A DNA stretch of 64,000 bases from a virus (taxonomy: Duplodnaviria > Caudoviricetes), in the IMG/VR virus record IMGVR_UViG_3300005611_000007, positions 62,921 to 126,920 of that record, one strand, 5' to 3'. Shown piece after piece: positions 9,276 to 18,643 of this stretch. Position numbers and translations under genes: made by a program. The notes under the pieces were generated by a model. It searched no databases. It saw nothing but the letters and a program-made list of their open reading frames with translations, and was not told where the DNA came from. Each line of letters opens with the position of its first letter. Within the stretch, counting starts at the first letter, position 1.

Positions 9276-9582
9276 ATTTTTCTAACCTTAATACTAGTTT
9301 TGTTGAACCTTTTATCAATCTGTGAAATACCATTTCTGGTATATAAAATTCATCACCTACATGCATTTCAGTTGGTAACTCATCTTCATATTGTAATGAC
9401 CAACCTTCACCTTCTAATACATCTATGTGTCTATTCTCTTTGTCACGGTGCCAAACTAAATCATCTTCATTTGGGTTATCAAATGTTCTAATATCACCAT
9501 TATCAGTATATATTACCAAAAGAAGGATCCTCCGCCACTTAACCCAAGGCTCTTTGCATAATAAGGAAGACGACAAGCCCAA
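9238..9582 (-). CDS. small cupin-like protein (true start probably near 9510)
   Basis: WHRD...EGEGW...HRLIKG. Confidence 0.55.
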   Translation of the reverse strand: MGLSSSLLCKEPWVKWRRILLLVIYTDNGDIRTFDNPNEDDLVWHRDKENRHIDVLEGEGWSLQYEDELPTEMHVGDEFYIPEMVFHRLIKGSTKLVLRLEKYEKSGKHYKKSV

Positions 9583-10046
9583 TACGCCGCTGTTGTTTTA
9601 TCATTTTGCATATGACATCTATGTCTTGCTGCAAATGACTTTCGTGCTCCAGGATCATTGAGTTTTACCTTTAGCCCTGTTGTATCTCCCCAAGTCACTT
9701 TCTTAATATTCTTAGTTGATGGATCTCTCACATAAACATAATACTTCTTAGGTCCACCTCTTTTTGGTTTGTTTAATTCTGGTGTCTCTTCTTCATCTAT
9801 CATAGGAAAGTCTAGAGGAACATCAACACCATCTACTTCAGCAAAATTTCCAATATCACTATTAAGAAAATCTTCGTCAAGAGGTGTAAGTTCTAGACCC
9901 TCTTCTTCATATCTTCTACGAACTTCATTAATTACTTCAAAGTATTTTTCTGAACCATATCTAAAAATAGATTCGGCAAAAGGAATATCTTTTGCAATAT
10001 GATACTTAATAGATTCTGAAATTAAATGATTCTTAAACTTCACCAT
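9513..10046 (-). CDS. conserved T4-like hypothetical with capsid-targeting-like N-terminus
   Basis: MVKFKNHLISE; ARKSFAARHRC...AYWAC. Confidence 0.6.
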   Translation of the reverse strand: MVKFKNHLISESIKYHIAKDIPFAESIFRYGSEKYFEVINEVRRRYEEEGLELTPLDEDFLNSDIGNFAEVDGVDVPLDFPMIDEEETPELNKPKRGGPKKYYVYVRDPSTKNIKKVTWGDTTGLKVKLNDPGARKSFAARHRCHMQNDKTTAAYWACRLPYYAKSLGLSGGGSFFW

Positions 10047-13000
10047 CTTCCTCCTCCTCATCTACTAAAACTGAAGGATGCAAAGCAAATCCTGCTTGAG
10101 TCTTAATACCTAGATCTTTAGCGAAATAGGTAACACCAATACCAGAAGTCGTTGCCATCTCAAAAGATTCATTTAAGTCTTTTTTAAATAAGTTTTCAAA
10201 CTCTTCATTTCTACTTGTCATTCTATTCTTTGTACGGGCATCTCTAAGTCTTGCTGCATCCATTTCGCGATCATGTTTAGTTTTCAGTGCCTCTTTCTCG
10301 CTAGTGTGCCGTTGTTTAACCGTATCCATTGCATCACCTTCTTTTATTCTCTTACCTTCATCATCATACTTACCAGATTTCTTTTTAGCAATAGCAATAG
10401 CAGCTTGTTGCGCCCATGACTTTGCTTCGTTCTGTATAGAGAACTTCTCATCAATGGATAGTTCTTCTTTACGAACATTCTTCCACAAATCTGCATCAGC
10501 AGTTGTTCTTGTCTTGCCGCCGGTGATAAATGAATTCACACGAGCATATGCCCATTGTTGTGGTGTAGTACCTGGACGATGACCTGTACGCCACGCCGCC
10601 ATACCTCTATCATATACTTTCTTTAGAATACTATAAGAGATACCAGACTTCTCTGCTTTCTTTTTCAACCCTTCTAAAGATTTCTCTTCAAGATACATAT
10701 ATTGCACAAACTCTTCATTGATGCCTCTAACAGACTTAGCTTGACTAATCCAGTTTTGTGCAAATTTATTACGTGGTTCTTGTTTCATCCATGCAGATAT
10801 TTTTTTGTAAACAGAGGTAGAAGCGGCTTCAAAATTAGAACCTTCTGAATTATCTACAATAAAGAATTTGGATTTAAAACTATTCTGAAACTTACCTAAA
10901 TTGTTCTGTACAGACTTCCACATTTTTGTCACTTTTTCATCAGGAAGACTTCTATCTCGTTCACGATTTCTTTTAAGTGCTGTATCTTCATCTGTGTTGA
11001 CAAAAATCATAGCAGTTTCATAACCTATAGCTTCTAGTTGTTCTTTTTGTTTTTGAATTTTTTGATAATCTTTACCAGTACCATCAATTACTAAACCAAG
11101 TCTACCATTTAGATATAAAGATTGTTGTTTTTTAGTAAGAGCCTTAGCGCGATCTCGTATAGTTTGTCCTTTTGTTGAGTAGATATCTTCTGGAGTTGTA
11201 TTCAATCCAGCATTTTTTAAACCTAATTCAAAAATTGGATCCGAGTTTACTAATTTGAAACCTAACCCTACTAAACCAGTTCTACCTACAATAAACGATT
11301 TACCAGAACCAGGACCACCTGCTAAAAATACTGCTTTGAATATACCAGGATCGTTTAAACCTTCATCAAGTTCATATGATTCGTATTTAATCACGGGGCT
11401 TGTTGTAGTGAAATTTTTCTTTCTCATAATAGTTTTATGAACTACATCTAGTGTGCCATCTTTATCTACTTTAATAGCAATAGGTAAATTCAAATCTTTT
11501 TGAATATCTTTTAATACTACTTCAGCATTAGGATATTTTTTTATATTGACTGCTTTCTTTTTAGCAATCTTTTTAAATAACCCCTGTAGTTCAGACACTT
11601 TTATTTCAGGTTTATTTCTATCATCGTTCATTCTATCAGCGAAGTGACGTGAAAATGAAATGTCTACACCAAACTTATCTAACAATCTATCACCAAATTT
11701 TTCTAAGTCAGAAAGCTGATTGGCTGTGACCGTTTCACCAAACATCTGCTTATACTTCTTAGTATGCTTAGATGGTTTGGTTTCAGCACCAAAATCGCCG
11801 GGAGCTGGCTTATATGCCGCTGGATTATCATCATCCATTTTAGCACTTTTTTTGAAATGCGTATCTCTAGCATCCTTTGTAGACTTTTTCAAACCAGAAT
11901 AATATTTCTTAGGTTGAGTTCCTTCTTTGTCTTTAACATCAGGATCTTGGGCGACTTCTTCCCATTTAACTTCTTTCTTCTTAAAGTCAGATAGTTTCTT
12001 TAATTGTTTCTTTCCAACATGAGCAATTTTCCATCCACTTTTAGCTAGACTATTTGCATAATCTCTAACTTCAGGTGCTTTTAACATTTTAACTTGGTCA
12101 GTTTTTGGTCCTGCTTTTATCTTTACTGTCATGTAATTTGGTTTATTGGTTACAGGACGAATTTCTACAGTATCTGCACCTTTCTTTAACATAATAGAAC
12201 TTATTTCATCTAATTGTTCTAGAATGTCTAAATCGATTTGTTCTTCTAATGGCGCACCAGGATTTTGCGCTCTTAGACGGAACGCTTTTACAATATCTGC
12301 CCTTTCTACTCTCTCAATATCATGAATGTTTTCTTCTGGATTTCTAATAACTTTACGAAGCTTGCTACGAATAGTAGAGGCACTAGGTGCATCCATATAG
12401 ACCGTAGGCATACCTTCTACGTCTACTTTGAAATAAAGTTCATTGATATAGTTATCAAACTGTTCATTTTTGTTAAGATTACGAAATCTTTCTTGTTCTT
12501 TTTTTACAATTTTTGGAAGCAGTCTTTTTGCTATTGTAGAAACTAATGGTAGTTTCTTTGCTACTAATCTATCAATACCAATCTTTTCTGAAGGTGATAG
12601 TGTTCTATATTGTTTGCCTTTCTCACCAGCAACTCTTTTCTTTAATAATAAGATTGCTGCTTTTCTTGATCTTTTAACTAACTGCGCTCTTCTTGCCATT
12701 CTACGTAGAGCAATTTTTCTTTTTCTTGCAATAATAGGTGCAAGTCGTCTCATCTGTAAACGTTTTTTCATTCTTTGTTGTAATGTTAAAGGTTTTCTTT
12801 CCTCTGACATTAAATCGTCATTACATGTAATAGGACCTTCTACGGACCAATCAATATCATCTTGCCAATCGTCATCCATTATTTCATCAAATAATTCATC
12901 CAGTTCTTCATCGGAAATATCTTCCCATTCTTCTTCAACAGACTCCATTACAGACCTAATAGTGTCATAAACTTTCTTCTTATCAGTTTCTTTTAGTTTG

Positions 13001-13482
13001 GATGGCATCCCTTGTTTGAATGTGTCATAATCGCCTGCTTGTGCAATACCTCGAAGTTTAGAAGCAGACATACCAGCAACACCTTCAGCGTCTGGATCTC
13101 GTTCTCCAGCAGACACAACTTCAATCTTATCAAAGTTGTAATCTTTACCGTTATATTTTGCTAAAAATGATTTGAACTCAGGAACACGATCACTACCAGC
13201 AACCAGAATAACTTCTGTGTGTCCCATCTTCTCTAGTTCTTGCATCACCTGGATGATAGTCTTGGCAGAAGACTTAGTGACGGCTTTGCCAAACGACTTC
13301 TTGGCAATATCAATTTTCGTATTGTATGGAAGAGGATCTTTCTTAGCGTTCTGTGTGTGGCTAAGAAATATATGTGGCATCGCCCCACGACGTTTAGCCT
13401 CGCTGTAAACTTTATCAGCAAGTTTTTCATGTCCGATTGTTGGGGGATTCATGCGCCCAAAAGCGAAAACTGTCTTACTCAT
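10033..13482 (-). CDS. 1149-aa multidomain polyprotein: HIGH-type nucleotidyltransferase, basic helical region, nuclease-like domain, P-loop kinase (Zeta/PNK-like), small domains
   Basis: FGRMNPPTIGH and GMSASKLR; FSRHFADRMND; LAGGPGSGKS...VIDGT...RNRER. Confidence 0.8.
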   Translation of the reverse strand: MSKTVFAFGRMNPPTIGHEKLADKVYSEAKRRGAMPHIFLSHTQNAKKDPLPYNTKIDIAKKSFGKAVTKSSAKTIIQVMQELEKMGHTEVILVAGSDRVPEFKSFLAKYNGKDYNFDKIEVVSAGERDPDAEGVAGMSASKLRGIAQAGDYDTFKQGMPSKLKETDKKKVYDTIRSVMESVEEEWEDISDEELDELFDEIMDDDWQDDIDWSVEGPITCNDDLMSEERKPLTLQQRMKKRLQMRRLAPIIARKRKIALRRMARRAQLVKRSRKAAILLLKKRVAGEKGKQYRTLSPSEKIGIDRLVAKKLPLVSTIAKRLLPKIVKKEQERFRNLNKNEQFDNYINELYFKVDVEGMPTVYMDAPSASTIRSKLRKVIRNPEENIHDIERVERADIVKAFRLRAQNPGAPLEEQIDLDILEQLDEISSIMLKKGADTVEIRPVTNKPNYMTVKIKAGPKTDQVKMLKAPEVRDYANSLAKSGWKIAHVGKKQLKKLSDFKKKEVKWEEVAQDPDVKDKEGTQPKKYYSGLKKSTKDARDTHFKKSAKMDDDNPAAYKPAPGDFGAETKPSKHTKKYKQMFGETVTANQLSDLEKFGDRLLDKFGVDISFSRHFADRMNDDRNKPEIKVSELQGLFKKIAKKKAVNIKKYPNAEVVLKDIQKDLNLPIAIKVDKDGTLDVVHKTIMRKKNFTTTSPVIKYESYELDEGLNDPGIFKAVFLAGGPGSGKSFIVGRTGLVGLGFKLVNSDPIFELGLKNAGLNTTPEDIYSTKGQTIRDRAKALTKKQQSLYLNGRLGLVIDGTGKDYQKIQKQKEQLEAIGYETAMIFVNTDEDTALKRNRERDRSLPDEKVTKMWKSVQNNLGKFQNSFKSKFFIVDNSEGSNFEAASTSVYKKISAWMKQEPRNKFAQNWISQAKSVRGINEEFVQYMYLEEKSLEGLKKKAEKSGISYSILKKVYDRGMAAWRTGHRPGTTPQQWAYARVNSFITGGKTRTTADADLWKNVRKEELSIDEKFSIQNEAKSWAQQAAIAIAKKKSGKYDDEGKRIKEGDAMDTVKQRHTSEKEALKTKHDREMDAARLRDARTKNRMTSRNEEFENLFKKDLNESFEMATTSGIGVTYFAKDLGIKTQAGFALHPSVLVDEEEEDGEV

Positions 13483-13518
13483 TTTATCTCCAGGGTTTTC
13501 CTTAGACTTACCTGAACA

Positions 13519-13526
13519 TATTTATA
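13519..13526 (-). promoter_or_regulatory. T4-type late promoter for the polyprotein
   Basis: TATAAATA. Confidence 0.75.
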
Positions 13527-13530
13527 AAAA

Positions 13531-13842
13531 TCAGACGTTGAAACTTTCTCCACATCCACACTGGGCTTTACTATTCGGATTGACCACCTTTAGATAAGAA
13601 CCACCGAGTTCTGTTACATAATCTACAGTAGAACCAATAACGTAAAACTCAGCCAGATTGTCAAGTACAATAATGTCATCTATCAACACGCCTTCTTCTA
13701 CAGTATCAGCGAAGTCCCATTTGTATTGAAACCCACTACAACCGCCGCTGTCTACCGATAAATGAATGTACTTTTTATTGTGTGTCTTTTTCATGTTCGT
13801 CAGATACGTCTTCGCTGACTCTGTTATCTGAACTGGGTACAT
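13531..13842 (-). CDS. iscA: IscA/HesB A-type Fe-S cluster carrier
   Basis: GGCSGFQY ... CGCGESF. Confidence 0.9.
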   Translation of the reverse strand: MYPVQITESAKTYLTNMKKTHNKKYIHLSVDSGGCSGFQYKWDFADTVEEGVLIDDIIVLDNLAEFYVIGSTVDYVTELGGSYLKVVNPNSKAQCGCGESFNV

Positions 13843-13914
13843 ACTTATACTCCTCCGGTACTGAACCCCAACCTACAATACGAAACTATTCTCTTTCTGT
13901 GTATCCTCTATTGT

Positions 13915-15156
13915 TTACTTCTGCCATCCTTTTATCACATCCGCTGAAAAGTTTGCTCTACTAAACTCCATACGATCTACAAGTTTCACGGCACCACCTT
14001 CTAATCGATCAATTGCAACATAACCTTCTTGATTGGTCACTTTAAATCCTGTGGATGTTCGTAAAAATGTTGCCAGTGAACTTGTTTGATTCAGTTTATT
14101 GACAACCATTTCCTTTGCCTTTGTCAGAAGAATCACAACATCATAGATAGTATACAGATTTTTTTGATGGTTGTCAAAATAAATCATCAACTTTTTCATC
14201 TTTTCCAATTGATCTTGTTGACCTTTTGGTGACTTTTTCTTTGATGCTTCTTTCTCATAGTATTCTCTAAAATATTTTACTAATTCGTTTACATGAGCCC
14301 GAGAACTAACAATAGATTTGCCAGCACGTACCTTGGAGTTATTGAATGCTTTGAGACGAATTAGAAACTCGTCCTCTCCAGCAATATCGTTTAGTGCAGC
14401 CGCTGGTAATTTTTGGAATAATTTACCAGCCTGAGATAGAATACTGGTCAGTTGTTTTGTCTCTGTCTCTGTGAAAGTGGCGGTACCAGATACGTCTTTA
14501 TATGTAGCATCGTCCATCCACACTGAAGGCACAGATTTCATCTTATTGACAATACCTTTACCAAAAGAAGATTTCATACTCTGGATTGTCTTGCCAGTAT
14601 ATGTAGTATGCCAGACAATACCAATCTTTGCTCTACGAATTGTCTTTGCTAGAGGAGTGCCCATAGGAACTGCATAGACGATAGTGTTTGGTTGGAATGT
14701 AAGATAGTCTTGACCTTCAATCTTTTCTTTTGATAGGTCTTCACTGGTAAACATCAAATCGCCTTGATAGACACCAGACTTGATACCTAACTTGGAGAAT
14801 TCTGTAAAGGCGACAACGAACTTACTGGTAAGTTCAGCAGACATGCCTTCTTTCTTGATATCGTCAACAGACTTAAACATCTGCGGATTGATATTGAATA
14901 GACCTTTTTTCGCTACAAAGAACTTACCATCTTCTGGATCCACACCTGCAAAAATGGCAGGAGCTCCATCCCACTTAGTTGTAATGTTAATAGATTTAGA
15001 AGAGGAACCACTAAGCATATCACGAACGCTACGGAGAAAAAGAATAGCTCGACGTGTTCCAGTAACCCCTTCATTAAAGACGAGATCTTCGATATGCTCC
15101 AAGTGAACATTTTTGCCCTCTTTGGATTCTGTTAGATATTGTTTAAAATTAATCAT
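13915..15156 (-). CDS. ATP-dependent ligase-fold (covalent nucleotidyltransferase) protein, possible RNA ligase
   Basis: TTKWDG (motif I), YQGDLM (III), QEGYV (IV), VKLVDR (V); N-terminus MINFKQYLTE. Confidence 0.6.
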   Translation of the reverse strand: MINFKQYLTESKEGKNVHLEHIEDLVFNEGVTGTRRAILFLRSVRDMLSGSSSKSINITTKWDGAPAIFAGVDPEDGKFFVAKKGLFNINPQMFKSVDDIKKEGMSAELTSKFVVAFTEFSKLGIKSGVYQGDLMFTSEDLSKEKIEGQDYLTFQPNTIVYAVPMGTPLAKTIRRAKIGIVWHTTYTGKTIQSMKSSFGKGIVNKMKSVPSVWMDDATYKDVSGTATFTETETKQLTSILSQAGKLFQKLPAAALNDIAGEDEFLIRLKAFNNSKVRAGKSIVSSRAHVNELVKYFREYYEKEASKKKSPKGQQDQLEKMKKLMIYFDNHQKNLYTIYDVVILLTKAKEMVVNKLNQTSSLATFLRTSTGFKVTNQEGYVAIDRLEGGAVKLVDRMEFSRANFSADVIKGWQK

Positions 15157-15906
15157 TTAAAAAACAATCATATCTCTAGATTTAGTAGGTTTATCAGTAA
15201 CTACAAGTCTACCAGCAGAATCTCCTTTTGAAGGAGATTTACCATAAATTTTAGGTATCCCATTTTTGTCAGAGGCTTCTGGATCAAACATTTGATCCAC
15301 GCGTCTTGCCCTCAATCTAAAGAATAAATCTTTACTTTCAGAGTATTTGTTAGCCTCTATTGCTTTTCCGTTTATTGTTAATTTGCCATTTTTAAAGGAA
15401 CCTTTAACATCCATAGGACCTATATACATATAGTCTATAGGACCTCCCATAGCTTCATTACCTATAACAAGTAATTTCTTATCTTTGTCGTTTAACTTAG
15501 CAAAAGTATCAGGAACCTTATCACCAACTTTTAAACCTTTTTTCTTATGATTATCATAAGCCGCTCTAAAAAATCTAGCTCCAATACCAGGAATAATTTC
15601 TTCAATTCCTCGAAGACCACCTCCCGCTAAAGATGGTGCTGAAGGACCTTTCATAGAAAAATTTAACACTCCTGAAGAAGTATATACCTTTACATCCGTA
15701 TAAGGTTCTGAACCAGATCTTTGTCTACCAGAAAACTTTTCCGCTTTTATGACATTTTTAACAGTATCTTCTTTTGTTATTAAATCAAAAGGTTTTTCAT
15801 TATTTTGTTTGAAAGACGTATTTATTAATTCTACAAATGCGTTTTCTTGTCTCTCAGCAGATTGTCCTGCTTCTTGTAGGTCTAGAAACTGCTTAAATCT
15901 AATCAT
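15157..15906 (-). CDS. PD-(D/E)xK-like nuclease candidate with capsid-targeting-like N-terminus
   Basis: MIRFKQFLDLQE|AGQSAERQE...PYTDVKV...FSMKG; start re-called. Confidence 0.45.
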   Translation of the reverse strand: MIRFKQFLDLQEAGQSAERQENAFVELINTSFKQNNEKPFDLITKEDTVKNVIKAEKFSGRQRSGSEPYTDVKVYTSSGVLNFSMKGPSAPSLAGGGLRGIEEIIPGIGARFFRAAYDNHKKKGLKVGDKVPDTFAKLNDKDKKLLVIGNEAMGGPIDYMYIGPMDVKGSFKNGKLTINGKAIEANKYSESKDLFFRLRARRVDQMFDPEASDKNGIPKIYGKSPSKGDSAGRLVVTDKPTKSRDMIVF

Positions 15907-16339
15907 TGATAACCCCGTAGTGTCCTGTTTCGTCCATTGAATAGACAATTCGCTTTATACCATATTTATAAAGACAAGACATACAACCAATGCAAGGCTT
16001 ACTATTACCCCAAATCCATCCTTCACTATTACCAGATGGACGCTTTGCTCTTGCAACATAAAGAGTCATTCCAGCCAATTCTTTCTTTGTAGGATCTAAA
16101 TCACTACCAACCGCCTTCAAACCATTATATACAGCATTCGTTTCAGCGTGCCAATAGATCGCTTCATCGTTCTTAGCATGATTTGCTTGAAACGTGTGGG
16201 ACTTGTACATATTCATACCATAAGAGATAATTTTGTTCTTATAAACAAGAGAGGCAGCCAAACGACTGCCTCCCGTTGCATCTAGATCCCTAGCCATAAT
16301 GAACAAGTTGTTCAGAAACTTTAGGTCACGATCGCTCAT
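15899..16339 (-). CDS. Zn-dependent cytidine/dCMP deaminase-family protein
   Basis: HAE...PCIGC. Confidence 0.8.
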   Translation of the reverse strand: MSDRDLKFLNNLFIMARDLDATGGSRLAASLVYKNKIISYGMNMYKSHTFQANHAKNDEAIYWHAETNAVYNGLKAVGSDLDPTKKELAGMTLYVARAKRPSGNSEGWIWGNSKPCIGCMSCLYKYGIKRIVYSMDETGHYGVIND

Positions 16340-16683
16340 TCTCACTCTCATCAGTCTCTAGTTGATTCGAATTATCAGACATAGAAAGTTGTCCCTGTGC
16401 CTCGTTAAACAACTTTTGAATTAATTGATTAACTTCATTGTATGGTCGGTTTCCAAGATACTGTAAAACTGCATTAATTGTTTCCACTTCAATTTCTAAC
16501 TTTTTCATTAGATCTTCTCCTTCCAATATAATTCTACTGCCTTCTTATAAGGCACAGTTCTATTTGTTTTCACCGACTCAACGTCATCAAACACCAATAC
16601 CTTTCCATCCTTAGCGAGCCACTGATGCATATCTTCTAGAACCATTCGTTCTAGATTACCCATCATATGAAAATCTGCTGCAA

Positions 16684-16929
16684 TCATGCTCTATACTCCT
16701 TGTTTTTGATGAACAGTCTACGAAACCATTCATGTTTCTCTGAGTTCTTTTCAAAGATATTCTGTGATCCATCATTCCACTTGACCATGATAGAGTCTTC
16801 AGACTCTCTTACAGTGACGAGTTGGGGGAGAGTCCGATAGAACTCTCCCTCTGAAAACCCGTTACTCATGCCATCTCGACAGCAAGGGCGAGAGCCTCTT
16901 GCTTCTTCTTGACACCACCACCGAACCAA
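16684..16929 (-). CDS. hypothetical protein (start uncertain, probably 16869)
   Basis: ORF track; ATGA overlap with upstream gene. Confidence 0.4.
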   Translation of the reverse strand: MVRWWCQEEARGSRPCCRDGMSNGFSEGEFYRTLPQLVTVRESEDSIMVKWNDGSQNIFEKNSEKHEWFRRLFIKNKEYRA

Positions 16930-17795
16930 GCGGAGTTCATCCGATTGTCCGAGTTACGACCCATCTGATGGTCAACATGGTAGGTAACACCGTTGTACAA
17001 CTGCCAGAACGTTCCTTCACCCATCTCAGCACCAGGCTGAGTGTCAAGGATGTCTAGGACTGCGGTAGCAGACTTCGACCGTTCCTTACGCTTGGCTTCA
17101 CCAAGAACAGGAAACAGACGCTCAAGATATTCTACCTTTGACTCTTCAGTGAACCGTTTCGAAGCGATAAACTCAGCTTGCTTCTTATACTCGGTCAACT
17201 TGAACGAGGCGATACCCATCGTTTCCTTAACCTCTTCAGCGTTGAACTGAGTCCGATGGGAAACCTTGACACCATTTTTACTACCCTCACTAAGAGAAAG
17301 TGTCAGAGTGTTGTTACAAACCACTCGAATCGGAGTGAACCGAACATCAATGCTCTTACCATACATATGAGGGTTAGAGAACAGCAGATAAGAATCAACA
17401 CGATCCTTACCAAACAGTTCAAACGACTCATCCTTTACCTTAGCAAGAGCCCACACCATCTGACCACCACGAAGTGAACCAGCAGTATGCATCTCCATGT
17501 TACCTTCACTAACGAAGTCGGCGAAGAAACCAAACGCTTCAGCGTTCTGAGTCTCACACCAATCGTCACCAACGACATCGAGAATCTTGTTGTCACTGGA
17601 ACGAACCAGAGCAGACTTACCAACAGCGACCTTTTCGCCATTGACTTCAGCAAACGCCGGAATCTTCTCTACGGTCCAGTCAAGACCAGCTTCGTAAAGC
17701 ATTTGTTCTGGAGTCAGGTCGGGAAGAACCTTCTTACCCAGACCATGCCACGGAACTTCACCAGCGTAAGCCATCGTTTCAACCATATGAGCCAT
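16866..17795 (-). CDS. DUF932/DUF945-like early protein
   Basis: MAYAGEVPWHGLG...TPIRVVCNNTL. Confidence 0.8.
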   Translation of the reverse strand: MAHMVETMAYAGEVPWHGLGKKVLPDLTPEQMLYEAGLDWTVEKIPAFAEVNGEKVAVGKSALVRSSDNKILDVVGDDWCETQNAEAFGFFADFVSEGNMEMHTAGSLRGGQMVWALAKVKDESFELFGKDRVDSYLLFSNPHMYGKSIDVRFTPIRVVCNNTLTLSLSEGSKNGVKVSHRTQFNAEEVKETMGIASFKLTEYKKQAEFIASKRFTEESKVEYLERLFPVLGEAKRKERSKSATAVLDILDTQPGAEMGEGTFWQLYNGVTYHVDHQMGRNSDNRMNSAWFGGGVKKKQEALALAVEMA

Positions 17796-17834
17796 GATGT
17801 ATCTCCTTGTTAGCTCGTTTCATTCAGTATAGTT

Positions 17835-17863
17835 ATCATAACAAAGGTTGGTATTTTTGTCAA
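17835..17863 (-). promoter_or_regulatory. early promoter
   Basis: TTGACA-17-TATGAT. Confidence 0.8.
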
Positions 17864-18051
17864 CACTTATTTTCAATGATTTGCAACTTTTCGATCCATT
17901 GCATCTCTTCAATCTTGCTTTCAAGACTACCCCACAAAGAGGGCATATCAAGATCCTTCAAATGCTTCTGATAACAATCAACTGCATCCTTCGGATTGTC
18001 AAAGATACGATTGTCAGTTCCATTGTACTTCAACTTCACTACGTACTTCAT
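17860..18051 (-). CDS. hypothetical protein
   Basis: ORF in tightly overlapping chain. Confidence 0.5.
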   Translation of the reverse strand: MKYVVKLKYNGTDNRIFDNPKDAVDCYQKHLKDLDMPSLWGSLESKIEEMQWIEKLQIIENKC

Positions 18052-18179
18052 TGGGTATTTCCCTTCACTAGAGTTCCAGCAGATTGAAGCAAATCACCAG
18101 CGTGATTTGCTATTTCAGGATTAGTCGCTACAACGTATCCAACGATACAACCTACTACAAACGACACAATTGAGTTCAT
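18048..18179 (-). CDS. 43-aa membrane peptide (missed by ORF track)
   Basis: MNSIVSFVVGCIVGYVVATNPE...; ATGA overlaps at both ends. Confidence 0.5.
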   Translation of the reverse strand: MNSIVSFVVGCIVGYVVATNPEIANHAGDLLQSAGTLVKGNTQ

Positions 18180-18286
18180 GATAACTCACCTTTATGTTTG
18201 AGTTTACGGCTGTAGTGTTTTTTGGAAGACACTACACGTTTACGGTACTTTGGAGTCCGTAAATCTTTCGCGATGTAGTTATGCAT
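18176..18286 (-). CDS. 36-aa basic peptide resembling ArfA core
   Basis: MHNYIAKDLRTPKYRKRVVSSKKHYSRKLKHKGELS; GAGG RBS. Confidence 0.5.
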   Translation of the reverse strand: MHNYIAKDLRTPKYRKRVVSSKKHYSRKLKHKGELS

Positions 18287-18293
18287 CTCATCC

Positions 18294-18602
18294 TCACAAA
18301 TCCAGATCGAGATAATCGAAATCCTTGTCGATAATCTCTTCACACTTTCCAAGACTACCATCAGTCTTGACCTTCCGATACGAAGCAGTAAGAAACCGCA
18401 TATCAGTATCGTTACCCAACCAAACATCAATCAGAGTCTTGGAATGTTCCACCGAGTCGGTATCCAACTCAACCAGATTACCAGTCTCAGCCAACTCAAA
18501 CCAGACAACATACTTAGCGCCAGATTCGCCAATCCGAGTCTTCCGCATTTCAGAAAACTTGACACTGGTCAATTCACCGATACTATGACCTACTAGAGAC
18601 AT
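18294..18602 (-). CDS. early hypothetical protein
   Basis: Start re-called after AAGGAG RBS of the repeated leader. Confidence 0.6.
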   Translation of the reverse strand: MSLVGHSIGELTSVKFSEMRKTRIGESGAKYVVWFELAETGNLVELDTDSVEHSKTLIDVWLGNDTDMRFLTASYRKVKTDGSLGKCEEIIDKDFDYLDLDL

Positions 18603-18643
18603 TTCATTCACTCCTTCTTTCATCATGTTTATATCATATCAAT

